Origin: a virus
Taxonomy: Duplodnaviria > Caudoviricetes
Virus record (IMG/VR): IMGVR_UViG_3300034082_000455
Span: 1 to 26,092 of that record
Length of the DNA stretch: 26,092 bases
Direction: 5' to 3' (one strand)
Positions 1 to 12,000 of this stretch are shown here, piece by piece. Both the position numbers and the translations under genes were made by a program. Below the pieces are notes generated by a model. The model saw only the letters and a list, made by a program, of their open reading frames with translations. It ran no database searches and was not told the DNA's origin. Position 1 is the first letter of the stretch. Each line of letters begins with the position of its first letter.

Positions 1-3000
1 TGCACCAGTTTGCACTGTGTGGAATACTTTAATTGAAACACTGTCAATTATTTGTCCCGGAATATTTTCTTCAGGAGCAGGCACTTGGTCTGGGCTGATA
101 AATTTACTACCATCAACTACAATATCTTCTGCTGCTGTACCGGTGGCTGTAATATATGCTCCGCTAACTGCACTCAACGAACCTCCGGTTAAATTTGTAT
201 CGATGATGTTTATATCGGTAATATTAACAGTACCGTCACTGTCCATTGGACGGAATATCAAAGTATCTCCATTTTCTATTTGAACGTATTGTTGTATATC
301 AATGCTGTTTGTAGAGCCGTCACCTACAACTGTAGGCATAACAGCTAATGGATTTGTAATTCCTGCTCCACCAAAGTTTGGATCATCTATGCGGATAGTA
401 CGAGATTCTTCAATACCTTGATCGTAGACGATTACTGGTGCTCCTGCGGAATCTAATGTATCAATACTCCTAGGAGAACCCAATCCACTACGCTTTAGGT
501 ATACTGATAGTTGTTGTCCTATTGCTGGAGTAAATGGTAATAAAATTGTTAGTTCTTCCCACACATCTGGAAACTCAACTGGCGGTTTATCAGTATTGGC
601 AATTACTGCACGATACTGCTTGGTTCCATATTGAACTACAGAACCTGCTTTCCAGGTTAGTGATCGACTATCTATTCCGGTTAATGTATACGGTTGCGTA
701 TCAACTACATAATAAAAATCTGAGTTTGGTTCTACAGAATCCCAAGTGTCGGTAAACCACGGAAGTGCATCCCAACCGCCCGAGACATCAAATGTAGTTC
801 CTTGAATTTGTACGCCGCCAAAATCAATTCCAGTCATTAGCTGATTGATTTCTTTACCTATCATTCCTTGGGCCGGACTATAATATTTGTTAATTCTGTC
901 CACTGCTTCTAAAATCTCGTCGGCTTTTTCATAGTCGATCACAATTATTGCACCGGCAACTGGTAAAGATACTAACTTTAGTTTTCCTCTCAATAAGCTG
1001 TAAGAGTCTGTGCTAGACTTATAGAATGTAATTTCGTACTCACTGTCTAGTATAATCTCATCGTTGATCGTAACTGCAATTTTTGTCTTGTCTCGTGTGG
1101 GAGGATAATTTAATTCAAATATTGCGGTAAATCCGTCAGCAACAAACTCTTGACTATAAGTATATTCTAGATAAGTTCCTTCTTTGGTAATCCTATCAAA
1201 TTTAACTGTAAGGTCAAAAGTTCTTGTTTTACTATCGCCAATAATTGCTACAGCTTTTGCAATATTGGTAGATGTACCGTTGCCACCAACTAGACTCACT
1301 GATGCTGTAGTATATCCAGTGCCTCCGGCTAGGATTTTAATTCCAGAAACCGCGCCGTTGGCAATGTAGGCTTGCGCACTTGCTCCTGTGCCGTCACCTG
1401 CAATCACAACCCGAGGTGCATCTTTGTAGTCGGCACCAATATTAGAAATAACAATATCTGTAATAGAATAAGTGTGATTGTCTTTCCACCATTTGTAAGG
1501 ATAAGTGTCAATAACACTAGAACTTTCTAATACTGGTAGTATTTGTCCTTCTATAATGTTGTACACTGGTGGTACATCAAAGTCTGTGATTGCAGCACCC
1601 TGCCGATCAATGTCAGTATATCTGCTGGTATATTCGCGAATAGTTGTTCTAAATGGTTTTACTTCTTCTAGATATTGTTGAAAACTAGATAGATTGTCAT
1701 TTTTATAATTAGTCTTTTGTTCTAAATCTCCAATATTGTGTATTGCATTTAAGAAACTGGTTTTAAAAGCCCAATCAACATACAACTGCTCCGAAAATAT
1801 ATAACGAATGCTGGCAAAGAACAATTTGTTCCATTCTGCTCTTAGATCGTCAATAAAGATATTCTCTTTTAGAGCAGCAAAAATAAATCTCAATTCTTGC
1901 GTTGGTTGATTGTCGTAGGTGACTTCGTCGTAAGATGTTTGGTAGTCGTAGACTTTAACATTATAAATTTCTTCGCTGATTTTAATTGTGCCGTTTTCTC
2001 GACCAACTAGAATATAATTGCCAAGAATATCTCCGCTGCCGTCTGTGACTCTTTCAAGTAACGCCCAGCCGCCATTCGCATATTCTTTAATCTTGATAAC
2101 ATCGCCAACTTTTATTTTGATAGTAGGTTCGAGATATAGATCTAATATTTCTTTTACAATACGAGTCACTGAACTGTAACCAGTAGCATACCAGTCAATA
2201 TAACTCCAATATTTGGTTGTGTCGTAAGATTGCACAGTGCTCTTAAAGAATCCCTCTCTAACGCTGTCCCAAAAATACACAGACCAGTAGTTATTATAAG
2301 TGATATCATTTTTAACCAGCACTGAAAAATTTCTCACTGACACATCGGCAGTAGTATATTTTCTACCTTTCTGTACAACACTTACTGATGTGATTCTGCC
2401 TTGAAGGTCAATAGTAACGGTTGCTTTAGCTCCTAACCCGTCTCCGACTATTTTAACAGGTGGCACTGTGCGATATCCAAATCCAGGATCAACAATATCA
2501 ATAGTATCAATTTCTCCGTCAACAATATTTGCATTTAAAATTGCAGGAGAAATTCTAACAATACCTATTTCACTTAATTCAGCAAATGTATCCACAGTTA
2601 GGTCATATAAGTTTAAAGTTTCACTAGGAATATTTTCAATTTGATTTAAGTTTTCAAAATCAATTAAATCTGCAAAAGGTCTAGTTGCAAGAATATTATT
2701 GCTTCTGTCAATTACAATTTTTAATGCAGTGCCTCGATTGACAAACATTGTTTGGATCGGCCTAAAGGCTAGGCCATATCTTTGTTTAGGTAGCAATGTA
2801 GGATCAGGAACAGGATTACCTGCTTGATTAAATCCTACCAAGCTGTCAATCCATTTTTGCTCTAGTGCATCACTAGGCAAGCTATCTGCAATTCCTTCAG
2901 TTAACAACTGGTATTCAGTGTGCGTAGCATTGGGTCTTCGTTCTGAATTGTAATATTCGATGTTTATCAAGGCAGAGTCGCCTGTAATAACCGAACTTAA

Positions 3001-6000
3001 GTTATAGGTTAAAAACTTGTCAGTGTCAATTATAGCAAGTATTGGAGTACCGTCGCTGGAAGGATTTTCAATCAAAGACGCAATGCTAGAGGCTGATATA
3101 TTTCTGCCTGCTACACCGGTAGGAATAATTGTTTTGTTCTTGACCCAGAAGTAATATTTTGTTCCGTAAGATAATCCAGTGTTAGGATTTGTGAATCTCT
3201 TAATAGAATATGCTGTATTACTATAAAGAGGTTGCCCTGAAATGCCTGCTGACAATCCGTCTGTAGTATCTGCCATTTTAGCCCAGTCTGTCGGACTCAT
3301 TGAGCTTTCGACCCACTCGCAAATGTCAATAGTAGCACCTGGCGCTAGTTGATTCCAGTTACCGGCTCTGTAGGCAAGATCACCTTGCTCATAGTGTGCC
3401 CATTTAGCTGTGCTGATGTTCCACCAAATTACTCCAACATTCTTTTCAAACCAGGCTTGGTCAGCATCAACTTCGACTTCGGAAGTACCGTTAGTATAAG
3501 TTGCTGGATCATATAAAGTCTTAAATTTAATTTCTTGTTCTGCACGGCCAAGAATTTTTAATTTGTTCACATCAATAATATCTAGGTCTGCAATCTTTAG
3601 ATAGTTTTCATCGTCATAGACTGCTACACTCTTTAAGAGATCGATATTGACCATAGGAGATTCTTCTGCAAGAACTGTAAAACTGTCTTTGGTAACATCC
3701 TTTCTAAATATTCTAGTCATACCAACTTTTGTACCAGTTAGGGCATAACTTGGTGAACCTGTTACAATTACAGATGCTGTGCTGTCTAACGAATAACCAA
3801 ACCCTTCGTTGTCTAATAGAGCAGCTTCTAATTTTTCAGATAGGAAATATGTTAAATCTTTAAGTTCAAACACATAGACCTGGCCGGGGTAACCCTGATC
3901 TTCTGAGAAGGTTGTGCGGCCACCATCAAATCGCGTTCTAGCAGATAGGTCAAATCGTGTTGGCAGTTTGTACGGAGTATTCTTTGCGCCGACTACTACT
4001 CGTTCGCCACGCTCACTTATAGAAACACTAAAACCAAATAATTCGTTGTTGTAAATTTCGTAACTTTGAAGTTTTTGTTTTAGTCTATATTCTGGAACTG
4101 TTGAATCTGTATCGTATCTAAAGATATAGACACTGCCTTGATTTTGTAAATTGATATCTGCCTGTGGGCTAGAGACCGCAATCGTGTTTCCGGAATTATC
4201 AATGTCAATTGCAAATCCAAATAGATCTCCGGAATTGATTATTTCGGCTGAAGATAAATCACTAACATCGGGCAAGCTACCTGCATTGATTGTCTGCATT
4301 AAACTATAGAATCCATAGGCGTTCATTTTATAGATGTAAACTTTACCAGATGTTGCATCCGATACAGCTTCAACTAATCCCCATGGAGCTCCGGATACAG
4401 GATTTGCTCCTGTTGAGGATGCCGTAGCTAATCTATAATAATTACCTGTCCACTTGACTACATCTCCAACGGTGTACGTTTGATAACCATTCCAGACGCC
4501 TCGATAATTAGTAAAATATTGTCCATCGCTAGTTGGAGATCCTACTACTAATGTCATACCGTCACGACTCATAGTCATACTGGTTCCAAATCTGTCACCA
4601 TCTTTGACTAGTTCAGCAACTTGGTCTGAAAGTAATGATCCAACTGTAGGATCTGTACTGTCATCTTCAAGGGCAATATTAGTAGGCAACGAACTTTGAG
4701 TTGATACTGGATCTAATCTAGCCCATTGGTTCGAATTAATAGAAATAGTACTACCGTCGCCTGTTTGATCTTCTAGAGATTGCCATAGATAGTTATTGTA
4801 CCATACTATTGCACCAGCTTCATAGAATCTAGCTCCGGTGTTGTCATAAACTCCTTTGAAGTTTTGATTTTCAATTAGTTGCCATTCTTTGGCAATGTTT
4901 GGATACTTTCTAATTATAGAATTACCCATGTTTAGAGTTGCTGACGAATAATAATAAAGTATACTAGAAGTATTTTCTGTTACTGTAATCTGAACTTTTC
5001 TAGTTGTAGCAGTAGTAAATCCTGCAATATATTGTGTTTGAGTAACCGAACGATTATCTAAAAGATAGGTAACTCCAGTAGTATATAATGTACCACCTCC
5101 CAGAACTCCACTGATGTTGTCATTGCTGAAATTCAAGGGATGTCTGTTGGTTATGGTACCATCTACCGGATTGGGATAGTAAACATTGCTGAGATCAGTT
5201 TGGTCAAATATATAAGTATTGCCAACTATTAAAGATAGATTAGGCCTGTATTGTTCATTGATATAATACTTGTACCCAGAGTCCATTCCCTGAGGCGGCG
5301 CAACCGTTACTTTATAAGTTATAGTTTCTGAAGTATCAGAAACTAATGGAGCATACTTGTAAAGATACACTCGGCCTTTGTTATTTTCTGCACCAGGTGC
5401 AGAAATTGCCATGTAATAATTTCCAGAGTCAACACCAATAGTTATTTTAGAACCAAACTGTTCATTGGTATTTTGTCTCGGACTTACAAAGCTATAGCGT
5501 TCAACCCAATTCTGTCCGCTCCATTCGTATAAAGATACTGCACCCTGTTCTAGATAACCAGTATTAGTGCCTTGTTGATTTGCTGTAACAACTAGTGCTG
5601 GTTCCCAATCTTCCATAGTGGTATCAATTCTAGCAAAGGCGCTATCAACACCAACACGACTACTATCAATTCCTATGTAATTTTGTGCATAGATATCAAC
5701 TTTGGCTCTCCATAATTTTCCTTTGTGTAAAACTATGTCCCCTTGTAAATAATCTAAGTCACTATCATAAACTTCTTGATAATCTGATCTAATCCCGGTT
5801 GCTCGTGGACTACCGATAGCTAACCATTTGCCGTCTGGACTCACTGCAAGACTTTCACCAAATACTCCTGCGGCCGCTGCACTAATACTATTAGGCCTTT
5901 CAAAAGTTTGTAAAGGTTTTAATCCTTCTGTTCTTTCTAAATAAGAAACTACAATATTACTCGCTGGCATTGCTGAGACAATTTGTGTTAATATGTCAAT

Positions 6001-9000
6001 GTACAACACAGAACTACCGTTGCCTAAAGGGGTAGTTGTTCCGTATTCTGAAATTTCTGTAGACGAAAATAGTTTTTGTTTTTCAGAAACTTCCCAATTA
6101 TCATTTACATTATTGTCTATCCAAAATTTAGCACCGCTGGTCAGTGTTGCAGCTATAGCAAGATCAACTGATTGATAATCAGTAAATCTAGCAGAACTAA
6201 ACAATTCTAAATTAATAACAGTGCTTGAATCCCACTTTGGTTCTTTGGCATCTTTGCTGATTTGAATCACTATGGTTTTTCTATCAGGAACTTCGGTAAT
6301 CTTGTAAAAGCCTTCTAGATTTTCGATATTTCTAATACCAAAGATGTCACCTACTATCAGGCCATGTGTTCTACCCAATACAATTTCAACTCGTGTTTTA
6401 ACTACATTAACATCAGTAATCAACAACAGTCTAGAAATATTGTATCGCAGTACTGTCCAAGAATTGTTATAAAAAGTAATCCATACATGAGAATTTTCTG
6501 CAAAATCTGCAATGTTTAATGCTAGGATATCGTCGTAGTTTTTAACAGCAAAATCAACATCAAAAGAATTTACATAACCTGCTGTTCTTGGAGTTAGTTT
6601 ATATTTCTTAACAGGATTAATATTTGCAGTAAACGGGATTGGTGCAATTGTAAAATTCTTTTCAGGTACACGCATATACAAATCTAATACATCTGTGCTA
6701 GACTCTGTAGGTGCAATGATTACTGGCTGTGGATTGATTTTAAAATCATTTTTTAAGATTCTAAATTCAGTTTCATTAAACTGATCAGTGCCGCCGAGTC
6801 GTCCAACACGGAATGCCCATTCTTCGTTGAGTTGAATACTTCCTGAATTTGTTCTGCTGAGTTTGTCAAATACTTTAGTAATAGCATTTGCTGTGCCTTT
6901 TTCACGGATGAATCCTTGATATAACTTAAACTGACTAACAGCATCTTCTGCCATGTTCTGTAGATATTCTCGAGTTTGATATCCAATAACATGACGACTT
7001 AGATCTCGTTGACTACTACCTAAACCATCAGCGTCAACATCGTAGTAATCTTCAAATTGATTAATTCTATAGTCAAAGTTTGCCACTAGGCCTTTTGTTG
7101 GAGTGGTATCTAATTTTTCCCATACTGTAGTATCAAACAACTCAGTGCCTTGCTGATTTTCTTTACTGACCCAATTATAAGATTTATAAGAAACAATGTC
7201 ACCTAAACGATAATCAGTGTAGGGACTCCATTGTTGAATGTTTACATTATCAAACAAAAAGCCAGGACTAGTGTAATCACCGTCCCAATCAACGGTACGG
7301 AATCCGCGGCTCTTAATACGCTCCTGACGATAACCGGTAGTCTTGTCATAGATAACATCGTTGAAAACTGTTCGGTCGTCAAATACAGTAATGTGTTCTT
7401 TGAGAACAAAATATACTTTAATAAAGTAGATACCTTCATTAGTATTAACAGTACTGACCTTTACTGACTGAAAATCTCTATTAACATTTAAAAATATAGG
7501 TAGCAGCGGTGCACCGTCGCTTTTAAAAATCTGATAATCATAAAAGCTATCAAATAAGCTGTCGGCAACTCCTAACGGAATTTTCATTTCAACTTGGCTG
7601 GCGCTCGGACTTAGTGTTAGCAACGAGCCTACTGCCCAATTGTGTTTTGTCCAGAATAAGAATTCCTTACAGCTAGTCTGCCAATTATAGGCTACTTGAT
7701 TTTCTGCATCGTATCGATCAAAACTGAATCCTTGTGTTTTCAAATAGGCCTGATAGCCTAATAAGAAATCTACTACTCCTTGAACTGTTGTTATAACAGT
7801 TCCGTAGAACATTTGTATTGGTTTTAGTTGATTGAATGTTTTTCTAAAATAAGCGTCAACTCCGCCAACTACTGGCAATTTAGGCAAGATTTTCCAAAGA
7901 CTTTTATCAAACACACCGGTACTGGTATGAGATTTTAGAGCACGATAAAATATGTTTTGAGTGCGTACAACATCGCCGTTGCTGTAGACTTTGTCTGCGG
8001 CCCAATCTAAGAAAGATACACTAGTACCTCCTACTGATGTCAACGGATCACTGCTGCTGGCAATAGGTTTAAAATAATTAAAGTACGGTTGCTGGTTGTC
8101 GTAGCCTTTGACTTTCCAGCCTTCGGCTAATTTTTCAATCAAGACTCCACTGTAGGCAATGCCTATCATAGGAACACCCACATTGAAAATTACATCATAA
8201 TTTTCGTTGGGTACATATATACTGCTAGAAGTAGCACTTGGATTTTTACTATCTAATAGATATTTTTGTTCTGTTTGATCAACAAAACCAGACATCCTTG
8301 TAGAAATTTTAACATCAAGATTGTTTAATCTAGTTAACAATACCTGTGAATCTAGATTTTTACTACGAACGTAACTAGAAACAAAAGTAACTAGTCCGGA
8401 TAGTTGTGTTCCTCCAACCACAGGCACTAGCAGATCTGAAATCTTTGAAAACACTCCAGATTCCGAAGATACAGTTTGTCCTAGCTGATTTACTGACATT
8501 CTAGATCTATCAAAACTATCTGTGATAAACTCAAAAGGTTTCAACAGGCATAGAGCTACCATTACTGAGAATGGCCATTCGCTACTGGATCTCCAAGCGG
8601 CTTCTACTGGGCTAACATCGCCTGGTCTATAATCACCTTGATTATTGATCAAAGTAAAGTCGTTAGCAACACCAGAATCTAACGGACTTAATAATCGGCC
8701 GTCGCCGTCTGTGGGAATATGGTCAAGAATACTAGGTCTGGCATATCTATCATAAGTGCCTGCTCTTGGGCCTTGACGAATAATACCATCGCGGATGTCT
8801 TCCCAAAGAATTAAGTTACCTCTGGTATAAGGAGCTGGACCGTATTCACTTTCCCACCATGTTGGCTTTTCGCTAAATCCTAATATTTCCCAAGGGCAAA
8901 TATGAGGACGGTCTGTGTCATAGAACCATCGATATACGCCTCTCCAATATCCTGGTAGACTTTGCTGTCTAGTTGGATCAGTCATATTACTATAGGTATA

Positions 9001-12000
9001 GGTAAAGCTGTTTTGAAGATCAAGATATTGATCGTTGTTGGTATAATCTATGTCAGTGTTAGCTACCCAGCGTAGAAAATCTTGAATAACAATAGCATCT
9101 AATTCTGATTTAGTGTATAGCGCATTACCGTAGTATCCGCCAAATACATTGTCAATATTAAAAATATCTTCGTTATATTCTTGTTTAATGTTGTTGTAAA
9201 TTCTTAGTTCTAATTCTAATATTGCATCATCTCTGTAGTCACCGTAGGCTGCGGTAATGCTACCGTCGTGACCTTGTATTACTAGTCGAGGAGTTACAAA
9301 TGTGTCATCTAGATAAATGTATGGTAGGTACTTTTTATACAGACCTAGCTTAGTAGGAGTTGCCGGAATATAATTAAAAGCTGTTGATACATATTCTCTA
9401 ATTACAATTTGGTCACCTTCAACTAGTGTTAATGAAAGTCTAATAAATCCAAATGTACCGTCAAATGTATAATCTGCACCGTGAATTAATTGCTCACCAT
9501 TACGATAAACATAAATTGCACGACGGCTAAGTTCTGTAAGATTAAAAGTTTGACTTAATGCAAAAACTTTTATTCCTTCGTCTTCTACTAGATATACTAT
9601 ATCAGCATGAGCTCCGTTTCCTATCATATCACTGTCTGCAAACGGATCTGATGAATCTTTTGTTATAGTCATTGCTGACATAACTTCGTCAACAAAATCA
9701 ACTACATTGTCCAGAGGCATAGCCTCTGCAATTCTTTTTAAGAATTCATTTTTAAAATTACTATAGGCTCTTAAAGAATGTTGTATAGACTTTACGATAT
9801 TGATATTTTTATCGCAGAGCAAGGACACTGCCATCGGAGCAATGCCAGAATGTTTTAAGAAACGCATACAACGATTTTGATAACCGTCGATGTTTCTTAG
9901 ATTACTGTTGCCAGGGTACACACCAGAAAATTGAGTTTCAATTTCCATAGCCGATGACAAGTGGTCGATTGCCTGCCCTAGAGTAAATGCTGTCATATTA
10001 TCATTCAGCGGATTCTTTTCTAGGCCATGTGGTATTTGATAATATCCTTGATCTGGATCAATATTAATATAGATCTTAATGGATACTACATCGTTTATTG
10101 TAAATGCATTGGCAAAGGTAAATGTTCCATTTTCTCTAGTGTAGCTGTCTAAATGTCTCTGTCCGTTTAGATAAAAAATTACAGTAGAAGGCAGAGTACT
10201 AAAAGCTGCCCAGTCAACTGTTGACAGTGTAACTTGATTTGTTACTTCAGTGATAACTACGCTATCTAAAATTGGCTGTTGATAATCGCTGTCTGATTTA
10301 ACCCATCCATTGGCAAATTCGTCAAGCGGGTTAAATCTATAAAACCCAGTGTTTAGATTTTTTGTTAATGTTTGTTGATTAACAGAATAAGAAAAACTGT
10401 CAAGATCAAGATTATATGTGAATAAGATGTCTCCAACATTATCAATGTTTAGGTAGTCGAGACTAAATCCTAATTCACTGTCAGAAACACTATTACCCAC
10501 TTTATAACTCAGAATAGGAGATCCAACAAATGTTGACGATGGGTATGTTGTTACATCTGAAAAACTAATTCCGTTGTTGTTAAATAGATCAAACAATGGC
10601 ATTTGATTAGTTTTAGTTTTTTCTTGGCTAGGTATCCAACTAACTCCGTTAAAATGATACATTAGACCTTTGTTGATATTTCCGCTTCTTACTAATACGC
10701 CTTCTCCTAAAATAGGATCAGAATCAACTGTTGCTCGTAATGTAATTTGTCTAACATTATTGTGTGTTATAAAATTAACTTGATAAATTTTGTTGTTGGC
10801 TAATTCGTCAGTGTCTGCGACAAATAAAATTCGAGCGCCTTGATATAAAAATTCACCGTCAACACTATATCCCTGACTACCTTCAATTATAGAAAATATA
10901 TCAGTTGTAAATGTATCAATGAAGTCTACAGGAGTTTTTGCAACACTACCGTGATTAAACAATTGAAGATTTGGTCGGAATTCAATAATAGGACGCTTGG
11001 CTCTAAAATTGTCTCCTGCTTCAAAATCTGTGCCATTTAGTTTGTGTGCTTGTTCAAGAGTTGATTTATGAAACCAACGATTATAACGACTCCAGGGATT
11101 TGCATCAATGCTAGCTCTACATACTATAATGTAATCTTTTTCTCCAGGATATGAAGTTGCATCATCAAACGGTTCTGTATCAAACCCAGTATTATCAAAA
11201 ATTACTTCGGGAGTTTGACTAGTGATGATAGGAACTTCTAAATCAGAAAACTTAATTAGCGTTATTTCTCTGCCAACCTTTTCTACCAACCAGTTGTCTT
11301 TCTTATACTTTGTAGGAGTAACTTTGCCTCCAAATCTCACAACTAGTCCGTTGGTAAGCTCAACTCCATTACTACTAGTGTAGGTTTGTTTTCCTAATAT
11401 TTCTTTATCAATGTTAATACTGGTATTTTCTTCGATGTCTTGGATCAAAAATCGACCAAATCTATCAGGATTAATTGCACTTTGATAGTAAAGGATATCT
11501 GGTGCATCTAATGGAACTTTAAATGTAACTGTTCCGTTAGTTTCACCGTTATTAGTTACTCCATTGAAATAATCAAACTTTGATGTCTGTACATTTTCAT
11601 CTACAATTTCCCACTCTGGTCCTTCGACAATTGTGCCATCAACACTGGCCGTAATAAAGGTCAATGCTCTCCATAATTTTCCATCATAGACTGCTAATTG
11701 GTTAGGAATATACGGAAGAAAAGGATTGTATTTTAAACTGCCGGTATCAAAAGCTGTACGAATATAAAATCCTTCTCTAGGACTGTTAACTGCAAAATTG
11801 TATGTCTGTCCTCTATACAGTGTTAGCGTAGGATTGTTTGTTGCACCATCTGGATAAAAGATCCATGTTGATGTTGTGCCCTGACGAACTCGATAGGTGC
11901 TGGTAATTGCATCCCCTTGGCCAAGAACTTTAACGCTCGGTGGGCCGCTAGGAACCCAATAGTATTCGCGGAAGTTTACAAATTTATCCCACTCAATAGG

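Noticed and set aside
17-7467. Short ORFs in the track within 1-7.5 kb (both strands)
   Set aside because: All are antisense or out-of-frame shadows of the giant minus-strand CDS, with no recognisable motifs.
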